Assembly (NCBI GenBank): GCA_013265495.1
Contig: MU058584.1
Coordinates: 4,284,508 to 4,348,507, forward strand
Direction of reading: 5' to 3'
DNA length: 64,000 bases
From: Vicugna vicugna
Lineage: Eukaryota
Shown: piece by piece, positions 13,576-25,307 of the stretch
Position numbering within the stretch: position 1 is the stretch's first letter
How the letters are laid out: every line of letters begins with the position of its first letter
Translations under genes and position numbers: made by a program
Notes under the pieces: model-generated
Told to the model about the DNA's origin: nothing
Databases searched by the model: none
The model's input: only the letters and a program-made list of their open reading frames with translations

Positions 13576-14434
13576 ACCACGAAGCTTTTGTTGGGGCCTC
13601 CTCAAGTGCTGACATGATTCTGTGGCTTCTTGGGGTCACCAGCCAATGTCCTGACCAAATACATACCAGCAATTTCTCTTTACTGAGTGTCAACTTCTCC
13701 TGTGACTTTCAACTCTCTGGGCTTGGAGTCTGTCTTAGGCAACAGGCTAAGGCCGTGGCCATTAGGAGCCTACTGTGGGGCTGCCTCCGTGACCTGGACT
13801 TGGCCCCGGAGACGTCACTGCACTGCACTGAGCTCCTTTCCTTTTTTGTAAAAGGAACAAGAACACTAAGCAGATGGGGCTGGATAGGGATGTTTTATTC
13901 CTTAGGTAAAAGAGGAGTGAGTCAGGTTAGTTCAGCAGCTTTGGGAGAAATGCATTTACAGGTCTCATCCCAGAGGGTACACCAGCAGCTAAGTGGCATA
14001 TATAACCAAGGGCTGGATGGGTGGGAGCGTGGGATTGAGAGGGTAATTCCTGCGTGGAGTGACAAGCTGCTTGCACACAGGAAGGGCATTGCTTCCAGAG
14101 ATCAATGACTTCATCACCTTGAAATCCACATAAAAATAAAACGAACAGCCAGCCCTGTCTGTCCGGGTTAGACGGAGGCTGTGCCCACACTCCTATGCTC
14201 CCATAGCACAGCCTGCAGGAGCCTTAATGCCGGGAGCCCTGGGGACCTGCAGGGAGGGCCCCACTCAGGCTGCTCCTCGGTTCTTGATGCGCAGTGCTGG
14301 AAAGGGTCTTCCCATCCCTTCTTCATCCCTGCCCCCTCCCTATGCCTGCAGAGCTTGAGATGGTGGCGCCAGCTCCTGCAGACTGGGTGTCCTGGAGTTA
14401 CCCGTCTCTGGAGGACCCACCCAAAAGTGTGTTT

Positions 14435-14630
14435 TTTAAAAAATTGTTTTAAATTTATTTTATTTCTTTTTATTTTTTGAAGAGTGACTTTATTTAGGGT
14501 TTTTTTTTTTGAGGGGGGAGGTAATTAGGTTTATTTGTTTCTTTATTTTCAGAGGAGATACTGGGGATTGAACCCAGGACCTGCACACTAAGCATGTGCT
14601 CTACCGCTGCGCTGTAACCTCCCCCCTCAT
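14435..14630 (-). mobile_element. Vic-1-like SINE with long composite tail
   Basis: Reverse-complement head (ctggggattgaacccaggacc...ctaccgctgcgctgtaacctcccc); TSD AAGTGTGTTT at 14425-34 and 14631-40. Confidence 0.85.
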
Positions 14631-15885
14631 AAGTGTGTTTACTGTGGCCCCTGACCCTACCTCACCTGCCCAGAGAAGTGAAAAACACTTCCATCTGAAA
14701 AATATAGTCTGTAATTTCTAAACTTGATAGAATGTTGTGTATGGGCACATATACATACATTTAGAGAGATGCAAGCCTGGCTTTTCTGCACCAACACTAT
14801 TAGCCCGAGCCACTTGCCTAGAGCTGTTTCTTAAACAGTAATGGAAATACTGCCACCTACTGCCTTTCCCAGGAACTGCATTTCTTGCATTGGCGGCTAT
14901 TTTGGATTCTTCCTGCTTTGCAGTTCAATTCAAATCAACAAGGATTTTGGGGAGAACAGGCTAAGTTCCCAGCACTGTCTTATGCGGAAGGGACTGTGTT
15001 TTTTTTTTTAATTTTCCCTCTTTTCAGAAGATAGTAGTCAGTTGCCGAAGAGAAGAGTTTAAAGTATTATATAAAGTGAGTTTTGTCAGCACATCTGCTG
15101 CTGCAGGTTTTAAAACGGGTGTCTTCAGGAACACTGGCTCCTGTGAACTTTCACTGTAAAGCCCAGAAATCAAGGACAGCCGAGTTTGGGCTGGAAGCTG
15201 TTTGTAGTCACCATGGACACAAAGCTCTCTGAAAGACTGAGCGCTCTGGGACTATGTCTCACATTGTAGACTTGTGGATTCAGAGGCACTGGAGAGCTGG
15301 AGTTGTCCTTAGAATCAGTTATTCCAACCCGCCAGCCTGGGTCTTGGATGAGGAGCCTGAGGCCAGGGCATCCATCTGGCTCCTTGCAAAGCCAGAGTGA
15401 GAGGGGGCTGGGGAGGGAGGCCCCTGCATCCTAGCCAGTGACTGCCCCATTCCAGCACCTCTCCCACAATGTTGGGCCTTAAAAAGGTTACAAGGAGTTC
15501 AGTTGAGTGAGTCTCTCTCCTTCCACCACTAAAATCCAATCATCTCACACAATAAATATCTCAGAATAGTTGTAAGAAATTGGGGTTATTCTTATGATTC
15601 AAGTAAATTAGGAGTGAGGGTCCCCAAACTAAAGGAAAATTCTTTTTCTGCTCTGGTCTCTGTCCAGCAGACACATCTTCTTCTTTTTCTTCTTCATTAT
15701 CATCATCATCATTACTGTCATCATCCCTACATGTTGAGTGAGGATCAATATGCCTGTGGAACTAGGATCAAGTTGTAGGGATTTTACACCAAACAAGAAG
15801 GAGATAGTCTTTTTAGATAATATAAAATCCAAAGACAGACAAGATTCCTGACATGCATTCATCACAAAAAAATATCTCCAGTGCT

Positions 15886-16009
15886 GGGAGGGTATAACTT
15901 AAGCCATAGAGCACATGCTTAGGTGCACAAGGTCCTGGGTTCAATCCCCAGTACCTCCTCCAAAAATAAATAAATAAACCTAATCACCCCACCACCACCA
16001 AAAAAAAAA
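15886..16009 (+). mobile_element. Vic-1-like SINE
   Basis: GGTCCTGGGTTCAATCCCCAGTACCTCC, AATAAATAAACCTAATCACC tail, poly-A; flanks share A-run + ATCTCCA. Confidence 0.85.
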
Positions 16010-16684
16010 TCTCCAACTAACAGAGCACCTATATGGATTTTATGTATATATAAAATCAAGCATTGACTACTCTAGAAGGCAGGGACTAAATCATATTCAT
16101 CTTTATGTAACCAACACAATGCCTGGAATCTAGTAGATAATAAATGTCTGCTTAATCAAAATGAATAGCTAATGTTTTAGAAAATGATAATTTATCAACA
16201 ACACTCTTGGTGGGGTTTTCCAAAATATTATTAGTTCAAGGGAAGAATTTCATTAATACCCCTGACAGGTTTCAGTCTGGCTCTGTGGTTTCTTGTTTTG
16301 TTTGTGACAAGCAGAATGGTCCTCTTTGAAATTCCTTCCAAATATTGGCTTACATTGCCGAAGGTCAGGAGGTGAAAACCTTGTCCCCCTGCGACATAGC
16401 CTGTTCCCTTACAATGACCACGAAGGCGTTCTTCCTAGAACAGACCTCCTATGTTGAAGACATCTGTCCTGCCTTCTCTAATTCATAGATTCAGGTGGTC
16501 TTGTCAGTAGTAAGATGAGCCTGCCCCGCCCAGGACCCGATGGGGGAAGTGGGCTTTGAAGCTCAAGTGGTGAAACCAACTTTTTCTTCTCCTCTTATTC
16601 CAACGGTGGCTTTTGGTCTCCTGCCAGAACCCCACCTCCTTTCACCTTATTTATCTGGTTGTTTTGGTCCATTTGCTTTTATAG

Positions 16685-16756
16685 AAGTCACCGCCCAATG
16701 CAAACCACCCTCCTAAAATCAAGGTGAAGAGCTCGCCTCTGATCGAGAAGCTTCAG
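16685..16756 (+). CDS. RCSD1: RCSD1 coding exon 4
   Basis: ttttatAG acceptor, GTAAGT donor; 72 nt encoding KSPPNANHPPKIKVKSSPLIEKLQ. Confidence 0.95.
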
Positions 16757-17029
16757 GTAAGTTCAGAACGGTTAGCTCTTGCTACCTCTTATCCTTCCCC
16801 ACCTCTTATCCAACATTTGCATGCCTTTGGGGCTCAAGAGTAGTCCCACATGTCACCTGGATGGCTGACCTCTGGTAACCAGCTTGCACATGACACTGCA
16901 CTTGATCTCACAGTCTCGTTGGGGAGACGTGATTTTCACACATGATCCAGTAAAAGCTGTATAGGAGAGTGAAGCAAACACCGGAGATCTAAATTGTGTG
17001 TTAAGTACCCGACTTCAACTGCGCTAGAC

Positions 17030-17245
17030 CAGGGCTTTTTAACCTTGGGATCATTTGTGCAGGGTAGTTCTGTTGCAGGGGGCTGCTTTGTACATTTGCA
17101 AGATGTTTAGCAGCATCCCTGGTCCCGATCCACGAGGTGCCAGCAGAACTTGTCAACAAATTGTAACAAAGAAAAATGTCCCTACATGTTGCCACAGGTC
17201 TCCTGGGGGCAAAATCCCCAACCCCACTCCAGGTGAGAACCACTG
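17030..17245 (-). mobile_element. MER20-like hAT-Charlie DNA transposon
   Basis: Termini CAGGGCTTTTTAACC...GAGAACCACTG; internal gatgtttagcagcatccctgg and ctgggggcaaaatc match recalled MER20. Confidence 0.8.
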
Positions 17246-19794
17246 CTCGAGAATTTTTGAGCAAGAAGAGAGTGAGTGGGCAGGAGTAATTAACGCATAC
17301 CCTGAGTTGGTCCTTAGGGATGATGGCTGGAAAGGAGAGAGGAAAGCGCGCCTGTTGTGGGAACAGCATGCGCTGAGCGCAGAGGAGGGGCAGGCGTGAC
17401 ATGTCTGGGTGGGGCCTGTAGAAGATGCTCTGGCTTTCACCGCAGTCTCTGTGCAGCCACCCAGGAGAACAGCAAGGCTCTCATGCCCTGGATCGTCCCA
17501 CCTGGGCCCAACTAACAAAATTGGCACACCAGCCTCGTTCTGAAGCCATTATCAGGGATGTGTGGAGACAAGTAGCCACAGCCTCTGCAGTTCCCAGCTA
17601 CAGGAGAGCCCAGGATTTGGCTCCCAGCCTGATTTGGGGTGAAGGAAAGCATCCCTGGTTTTGGGCCATGAGCCTTCCCTGTGGAGGGTGGGGAGGCATC
17701 TCCCCTGAAGTTTAATTCATTCTGAGAAGCCCTGATTCCACCCCCGCTGCAGGGAGGGAGGGGGGCTGTCCATCACTGTAGGAGGCTGCAGGGCTCCCAT
17801 GCACGTAACAGGGATTTCTCAGACAGGACCCCAGAACTTGACATTCCCTCCTAGCAGCCATCTAAGAGGTGTAGCCCAGGACAGCCGCCTCCACCTGCCT
17901 GCAGCCAGCCTCGCCCTCATCCAGGTGCGGGAAATTAGTTCCCAAATGCTGTGTACCCTGCAGTCTTGGCCTTATTCCCCTTTCCAGCCATTAATGAGCC
18001 TCTTTCGGAAGCACAGCAACCTGAGAATGAGGTTTTGATCTCTAACGGTTTAATCTCATGAAGGGTGTCAGGGATAATGTATCATTTGACCAAATCCCAT
18101 AGGAGCCTTGCTTTGTTGGAAACATGTGGGCAAAGAACTAAGCAATGCACCAGAAGCTGGATTTCTTCTAAATATTTTATTGGATGAGTTAGGAACTATG
18201 ATTTTTCTTCACTACTGTCCATAATTCAAAGTTCAAGTTTTCCATTGGCTAGCTAGACCCATGTTATTTGCAAGCAGTCTTACGGAAGGAATTTCCCAGC
18301 TTGACAATGAGAAGGGAGAAAGACCTCCTTTAATGCTCAGTTAACGTCTCCTCTGCCATGAAGCCCTCTGAGCCATCCCAGCGCATCAGCTCCCACAGCC
18401 TCTGCCCCTTGGTACCTGCCATGTGCTGCTTTTAGACATGGCTTGGTTGGGCCCACAGTGTTGCCATTTAACTTTTATATTTTTAAGTTTACCGTGATGC
18501 AGTATTGTCTATAAGTTCTTTCTTAAGCTCACAATAGAAATATTAGTGTCTTCCTAACATGTGTAAACGTTCCGTACTCTGCAAGTCCCAGAGTCCATGT
18601 AGGAGTTCTCTGGGGTGACAGTCTTAGCTGGTGGAAGGGTGGCACCGAGGGGAGTCTGGAGGGGAAGGGTGTGAGCCAGGTAGTGGCAGGAGAGAGTAAT
18701 GGGGTGGATCGAAAAAGATTCTGGAGGTCAGGCTCAGTAGATTGGACAAATGCGAGACTTAGAAAGGTTACGGGACTCACTGAAGGTCACGCAGCTACTC
18801 ACTGAAAGCTGATATTTGGAGTCAAGTGTGTCTGCGTGGAGAGCGTCACCTGCCCCTCGAGCCTGGTCCCTTCCCTGTGAGGCCTTGATGCTGGCTTTGC
18901 TGGTCTGGAGGACAACTGTGCGGTGATTTGGAAATGCAGAGGGCGGAGCAGGAGGCGCACTGGCCCCTAGGTGGCGCTGGAGAGGACCTGGGGCGCTCAC
19001 GTTCAGTCCCTCCGTAGACACCTGCCCCACCACCGTCTCCGAGGCAGTAGAATGGATCGGGCCTCCTTCCCCACCAAACTCATGACTCCCTCAGGCCTCA
19101 GGTTACCTTTGAGTAACCTCTCCCCTTTGTTGTTCTTAGGGTTCATTTTAATCTTGTTTCACCTGCACTGAGATGCTCCCGGTTGGGGTTCACACTGGCG
19201 TCTGCTCGGCTGGCTCCCCTCTGGACGGGCTCGGTGGCCTGCTGTGTCCACCGAGAGACACCCTGTCCTTGCAGGCTGAGGGACACACAGACCTGGCTTG
19301 AATCCCAGGGCAGATTCCTTAGGCACGTTCCTAATTTATGGCAGGAGGACAAAACCAAACATGTGGGGTGGCTGGTGGTTGTAGAGGGGAAAACTGTACA
19401 TGCCCAGCAAGGAGCAGGCACCCCGTGAGCGGTAACTATGATTGACGCTGACAAGAAAGATGGTAAAAGGTGCTGACCTGCCGTGAGATCCGGGTGCCTG
19501 CGGGTGCTGGCAGTGGCCATTTTGGCTTCTTTGTCTATAAAGTGGGACAGTTCTAGTGCATTTTTGTTGGATCAAATCAGTACTTCCTGGGTATTCTGGG
19601 ATGCAGCCTGGGGTAAGCCAGGTAGCAGGAGATAGACTGTGGAGGTGGTGCTTCCAGGAGGGGCAGGACATGATGTGACAATGGATAACTGGTTAGGAAG
19701 TAACATGAAGAGCCTCGTGTTACCTAGGCCCAACCAGTCAGTTCTGAGGCCAGGGAACCGCCCCTCCCTGTCATTTCTTGTGTTTTCCCGACAG

Positions 19795-19998
19795 GCCAAT
19801 TTAGCCTTTGATCCAGCAGCCCTGCTGCCTGGGGCCTCACCCAAGAGTCCCGGACTCAAGGCCATGGTGTCGCCATTTCACAGCCCGCCCTCTACCCCCA
19901 GCAGCCCTGGCGTGCGGTCTCGGGCCAGCGAGCCAGAGGAGGTGCCCGTCAGCTTTGACCAGCCTCCTGAAGGCAGTCACCTGCCCTGTTACAATAAG
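19795..19998 (+). CDS. RCSD1: RCSD1 coding exon 5
   Basis: ttttcccgacAG acceptor, GTAATG donor; 204 nt encoding [28 protein letters not shown]...[12 protein letters not shown] (Ser/Pro-rich; first half of the capping-protein-interaction motif). Confidence 0.95.
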
Positions 19999-21170
19999 GT
20001 AATGTCTGCACACAAAGCACTGTGGTGTGTCTGTGGAAATGTGGGCACTGGGCGATCCTGAATGACCTCTACCCTGTTGTTGTCCTGGAGGAAGGAGGCT
20101 GCGTTTGAGCTGTGGTCAGAGCTGGGTTTTAACAAGGGACATTTATTTCTCTTCTTCCTGGCAAATGATCCCCGAACTAAGATCTCCCTCTGTCTAGCCT
20201 GCCTCTCTCAGCTCCTCTCCCTGTAACAGCACCCCTCACCTGGAAGGCAGGCGTGAGGGATGGAGTGCTCTGTCCTCTGTGGAGAGAAGGGTGGGAATTC
20301 AGGACTGACCCCAGCTGCACAGAGAGTTATGTCAAAAGCCAAAAACAAAAGCTAAAGACCTGATCAGTGACTCATCAGAAGGGAGGGCAGGGTCACTAGG
20401 TCTTTAAAACACTGTGTCCTGGAGTAATAGGAATACTGCTGTGTCCCAGTATAGGGTCAGGTTGTTCTTACTGCATCTTGCCCCAATTAAAGAACATCCA
20501 TACTGTTTCTTTGTGAAAAGATGTATGGCAGGGCCTGTTTCTGTAGATGCGTTGTGCCCGATACTTTGTGTGTGCTGTCCTCAGATCCCTGCCCTCGTAG
20601 GAGGATATAAGAATCAGAGGCACACACAGTCCAGTTCACTCCAAGCAGGTACCCAGCAAACTGGACCAGAGCCAAGCAGGGGCCAAGAGTTACGGGGATC
20701 TGATGCCAAGAAATGGTAAATGGATGTGACTTTAGAATGAGGGATGGAGAGAGAGGGATATTCTGGGCTCTTCCCAGAAAGTCCATCTAGGAAAAAAAGA
20801 TCAAATGAGTTTGTTGAAACAGGTAGGGCCCAAGGAAACAAAGTGCTGGCAGCAAGGAGGTGATGGGGAGGGCTTGCCCCTGCTGGCTGGGGACATTGTG
20901 GCGCTCCTCCAGCTCAGGGCGATGGAGAGACCCCCCTGGTGGTGGCAGAGAGGAACCCAGGAGGAACCCAGGGGAGAGGCTTGTCTTCTCACAGGATGTC
21001 AGGATGTCAGTAGGGAGTAGGGGCAGGGAGGGAGGCACTGCCACCTGGTCATATTACTGGGGAAGCTTTAGGCTTGTGACAGCAGCAAGGGAGCAGGCAG
21101 ATTATTTCTGAACCCTGCTAGCCATGAGGGCTGAGGCCTGGCTAGTCTGGCCTGAAGCCCTTTTTAAAAA

Positions 21171-21293
21171 ATATTTTTTGTTTGGAGGGAAGGTAATTAG
21201 GTTTATTTATTTTTTAACGGAGGTACTGGGGATTGAACCCAGGACCTGTACATGCCAAGCGTGTGCTCTACCGCTGAGCTATACCCATCCCCC
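21171..21293 (-). mobile_element. Vic-1-like SINE
   Basis: ggtaattaggtttatttat...ggaggtactggggattgaacccagg...gagctataccc: full element in reverse orientation. Confidence 0.85.
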
Positions 21294-22243
21294 AGGGAAC
21301 CCTCTTAAAATGAACTGTTTATTCCAAACCTCTGAGGCAGAACTAGGATTGACCAATACCAAAATGTAAGTAAGCGAGAAAATAAGATTTATGAAAATAA
21401 GATTTGATTTGCATATACATTTTTAAAGGCCATGTCACTTAAGCAGGGCATCTGGTACAAACACGTCCATCGAACTTCTGACAAAGTCAGGTGGACTGAG
21501 GTGAGACCTCCTTCTGAGATCCACACCCTTCCCAGAGAGGAAACGATTTTCAGGCAGCTGTGCTGGCTGCTGCTTAGTGTGGCTGCTGCTAAGGGAAAGC
21601 AAAGGACCCTGGCTGCGCAGGCCTCCCAGAGTTAGCCAGCTTTGTGAGGGGCGGGGAGGGCGAGCTGGGGAAAGAGAGAAAGCTGGTCACCAGCCGTCCA
21701 GCTCCACGCCCACAAGGTCCCTGTTCTGGATCAGGCCACCCGCAGGCCCCTCACCTTCTCCTCTGTTAGGTTCATCTTTGTCAAAGTAGAATTGTCAAAA
21801 TGTCAAAACATGACTTTCATCCAAAAGGAGATTTTATTCAGCTTGTTAATTTATGAGAAACCTGTAAGGAGGTAAAGCTCATTCAGAGAACATTCGAAGA
21901 ACCGATTATTTATAGGCAATTCAAAAGAACAAATGTTAGAGTACAATTGCCAAGTTAGACACCAAACTGATATTTTACAGGGCAATAAAATCATAGGTTA
22001 TCTTTTTTACTGGATACAAAGCATTTTCATCTTCGCAAAAAAATCTGCACGTTACCATGTAAAATCACAATCCCACAGGGCTCCACCTATTAGTGAGTAG
22101 CCAGCAGTGGTACATCCCCCTAGAACCTGATCCTCGGAGGGGCTTGTGAGGCCGTGCATGAGGCTGGCGCTGAAGGAACACATCATCCTCCCCTTGGCCT
22201 TTCTCACAGGCTGTGGGTCATTGTCCTTAATGCTTTCTTCCAG

Positions 22244-22879
22244 GTGCGGACAAGGGGCTCGATCAAAAGGCGCCCTCCCTCCAGGCGATTCCGAAGGTCC
22301 CAGTCGGACTGCGGGGACCTGGGGGACTTCAGGGCCGTGGAGTTCTCCCAGGAGAATGGTGCCAAGGAAGAGAACGGGGGTGAGGTGTTCCCACCCAAGA
22401 GCCAGGCCCCAGGGTCCCCTCCTCTGAGGAGGACGTCCAACAGGACAGAGAAGCAGGAGGAGACGGGCACGGCCACGGAGGAAGGCCCCCAGCGCGAGGA
22501 GGCCGTGGGCAACTCCGAAGAGGGGGCCGGTCAGCGTCCAGCCCCGGCCTCCGGCCCAGAGGCCGAGAACGGGTGTGGGAGCCCCACGGAGGAGAAACCG
22601 GAGGGAGAGCAGACGGAGGGGCCTACGGAGGTGCAGGAGAGGGCGGCCAGCAAAGAGGATGAACCCGGACAAAGGAGCCAAGACATAAAGGGGCCGGAGG
22701 AGGCAGCTGTGGGAGAGGAGACCCCTCAAAGTCCTCCCAGAGGAGTGGAGGGCGGCCACAGCCCCGAACAGGGGGAAGGCAAGGAAGAGCAAGACGAGGG
22801 GACCCTTCCCGAGGCCGGCTGTGACGCCGGCACCAGCCATGCCCAGCCACACACCAGCAGTGAGGTCCCCGAGACAGAG
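22244..22879 (+). CDS. RCSD1: RCSD1 coding exon 6 (CPI motif second half, acidic RCSD region)
   Basis: tttcttccAG acceptor, GTAGGT donor; 636 nt encoding [24 protein letters not shown]...SSEVPETE, inside ORF 22154-22960. Confidence 0.93.
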
Positions 22880-23399
22880 GTAGGTGGCCCGGCTTGCCTA
22901 CCCGCCCCCTTTTTGTTGGAGAACAGCAGGGTGAAGGTGGTGTGTGAATTGGGCCTTTAAAGGAGGCTTTATGTTCTGTCCATCCACGCACAGGTGTTGG
23001 ACACCTAGTTCTCAGGAGGAGGGGGTGTGATTCAGTCCCTGCCCTCCTGCTGGGCTCACAATTGTTCGTCCTTCAGCCGGCTCCTCCGGCCACCCCCAGG
23101 AAGCGCACCTTGAACTCCCCTACATACGCTTTAGAAGCAGAACCAGCCCTGCTGAGACTAGAAGTTCCGCAACAAAAGCTCCGTGTGCCCCTTTCCTACT
23201 GCGCTCCCTGACAATCTCATCCACAAAGTCACTCTCCAGTGTTTTCCTGTTCCCTTTTTGTCAGTTCATTCGTTCCTTCGTTCATTCACTCAAGCCACCA
23301 TAAGCTTCCAGCTACACGAGCCTCTTACCTGGATACTTGCTTCCATTTTTTCTGCCTACACAGTCCACTCTGTACAGCAACCAGAAGTGTGTGTGTGTG

Positions 23400-23702
23400 T
23401 TTGCTCATTGCTAAAATTATTCCCCTACCTACTGCAAACTGGCAGCTTAAAACAATAGAAATGTATTTTCTCAGCGCTGGAGGCCAGAACTCCAAAATCA
23501 AGGTGCTGGCAGGGTTGGTTCCCTCTGGAGGGTCTGAGAAAGAACCTGTTCCAGGCCGGTCCCCTAACTCCTGGTGGCTGCCGGCAACCCTCAGAATCTT
23601 TCCTTGCCTCTTCCAGCTTCTGGTGGTTGTCAGCAGTCCTTGGCGTTTCCTGCTTGTAGACTTACCACTGCAACCTCTGCCTCTGTCTTCACATGGTCTT
23701 CG

Positions 23703-23745
<43 letters not shown>

Positions 23746-23930
23746 CAACTCCCTCTCCTTTCTCTTACAAGGTGACAACCAGTCACCCAGTGTATACTCA
23801 CCCTAAATCCAGAGTGATCTCATCTTGAGATCCTTAATTACGTCTGCAAAGATCCCCTTTCTAAATAAGATTACATTCACAGGTACTAGGGGTTAGGATT
23901 GGACAGGTCTTTTGGGGAGAGGACACAGTG
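23400..23930 (-). mobile_element. MaLR LTR (MLT1-type) with (GT)n(GA)n microsatellite
   Basis: gcttaaaacaatagaaatgtatt...ctggaggccagaactccaaaatcaaggtg...ctgcaaagatcccc...aataagattacattcacaggtactagggg; (GT)n at about 23708-23735. Confidence 0.8.
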
Positions 23931-25075
23931 CCGCATACCTCCCCTCCCTCTTGTCCTGTGGTTTCCCAGTGCACTCAGAATATAAAATCCAAACCCTCTG
24001 TGAGGCCCATGCCCAGCTCTCCCTGACTCTCCCCCTCACCATGCCCCAACCATGCTGATTTTTTTGTTTTTTGGTTTGGTTTGGTTTGGTTTCTGCAGTG
24101 GTTAATACCTAGATCCTTGAAGCAACCTGGTAAAGTAATTTATAAGTACAAAATTGGCTGACCAGAATCAGAACCTGTGGCTTTCCAGTATGTCATCTGA
24201 GAACTGTTGTTTAGGACCGTGGTTTAAGTTACATACAGCTGGCACGTGTGCATCCTTCCAGCCCTTCTTCATGGTTGTATTTTTATAATCCAAATTGATA
24301 GTGTTCAGGTCTTAAACATCTTGCTCTTGAATGTTCACTAAACTTTCTTTAATATAGTAATACTAAAAAAAATGGGATTTTTTATTTTCAAAAAACCGTT
24401 GTCTTTTTTTTGTTTTATTACTTAAATGCAAGGTGCTACCTCTTTATAAGAACTTAACAGCATCTAATTTCTCATTTAACTGCACATATCAGAGCCTCAC
24501 TATGTGCAGAACACTGTACTGGCTGTCGTGTGTGTGTGTGTTAAAAACACACACACTTCCACTTCCAAGGAGATTTTAATTGAAGACTATTATAAAATTC
24601 TTGAGAAAATTATTGAGTATTTGGTATATTAATTTTTTTAATATACAAGGATGAAGATAGATATGTGTTTGAAGTGCCAAATAAACAGCAAAAAAACTTG
24701 GTTGAAAAATACGTCTTTTTCAGAAACTGTATATCTAAACTTTCCTTTTTGGCCTTTCTAAGGGAAATATGTTATTCAGTGGGGCTTGTCAGTTTATTTA
24801 CTTTTCTTGAGGAATTGGCAAAGCTTGATACGGTGTTCAGATTGTTGTTTTAAAATACAAGCAGGCAGCCATAGCATAGGCTTTCTCCTATTTTGCCTAG
24901 TTAATTTCAATTAATAAATTGATGAGTTAAGTAGTAATGTGTTAGGATTATTTTCCAACTGACCTATGTATAATGTTACTGATTAAATTGTCTAGAATAA
25001 TTTTTATTTCCTAGTGCACTGAATACATTCTCATTTTAAAGGTTCTAACAAATGGAAGTATGGAGGATGAATTTT

Positions 25076-25307
25076 TTTCTGTTTTTAAATTGACATGTAA
25101 TTGATTTACAATATTGTGTTAGTTTCAGGTGTAGAGCAAAGTGATTCAGTTATACATATATATGTGTGTGTGCGTGTGTGTGTGTGTGTATATATATAAT
25201 ATATATATATGCTTTTTTCCCATTCTTTTCCATTATAGTTTATTAATAAAGACATTGAATATATTTCCCTGTGCTATACAGTAAATCTTTGTTGTTTATC
25301 TCTAAGA
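25076..25307 (-). mobile_element. Short 5'-truncated L1 3' end with (TG)/(TA) microsatellite
   Basis: ttgatttacaatattgtgttagtttcaggtgtagagcaaagtgattcagttatac...tgtgctatacagtaaatc; direct repeat ATGAATTTT at 25067-75 and 25308-16. Confidence 0.8.

Noticed and set aside
22052..22852. 266-aa minus-strand ORF
   Set aside because: Antisense shadow of GC-rich RCSD1 exon 6; no independent gene signals.
22880..22960. In-frame continuation of exon 6 into intron 6 as an alternative C-terminus
   Set aside because: A good donor and a conserved exon 7 exist; no nearby poly(A) signal noticed; 26 open codons are expected by chance.
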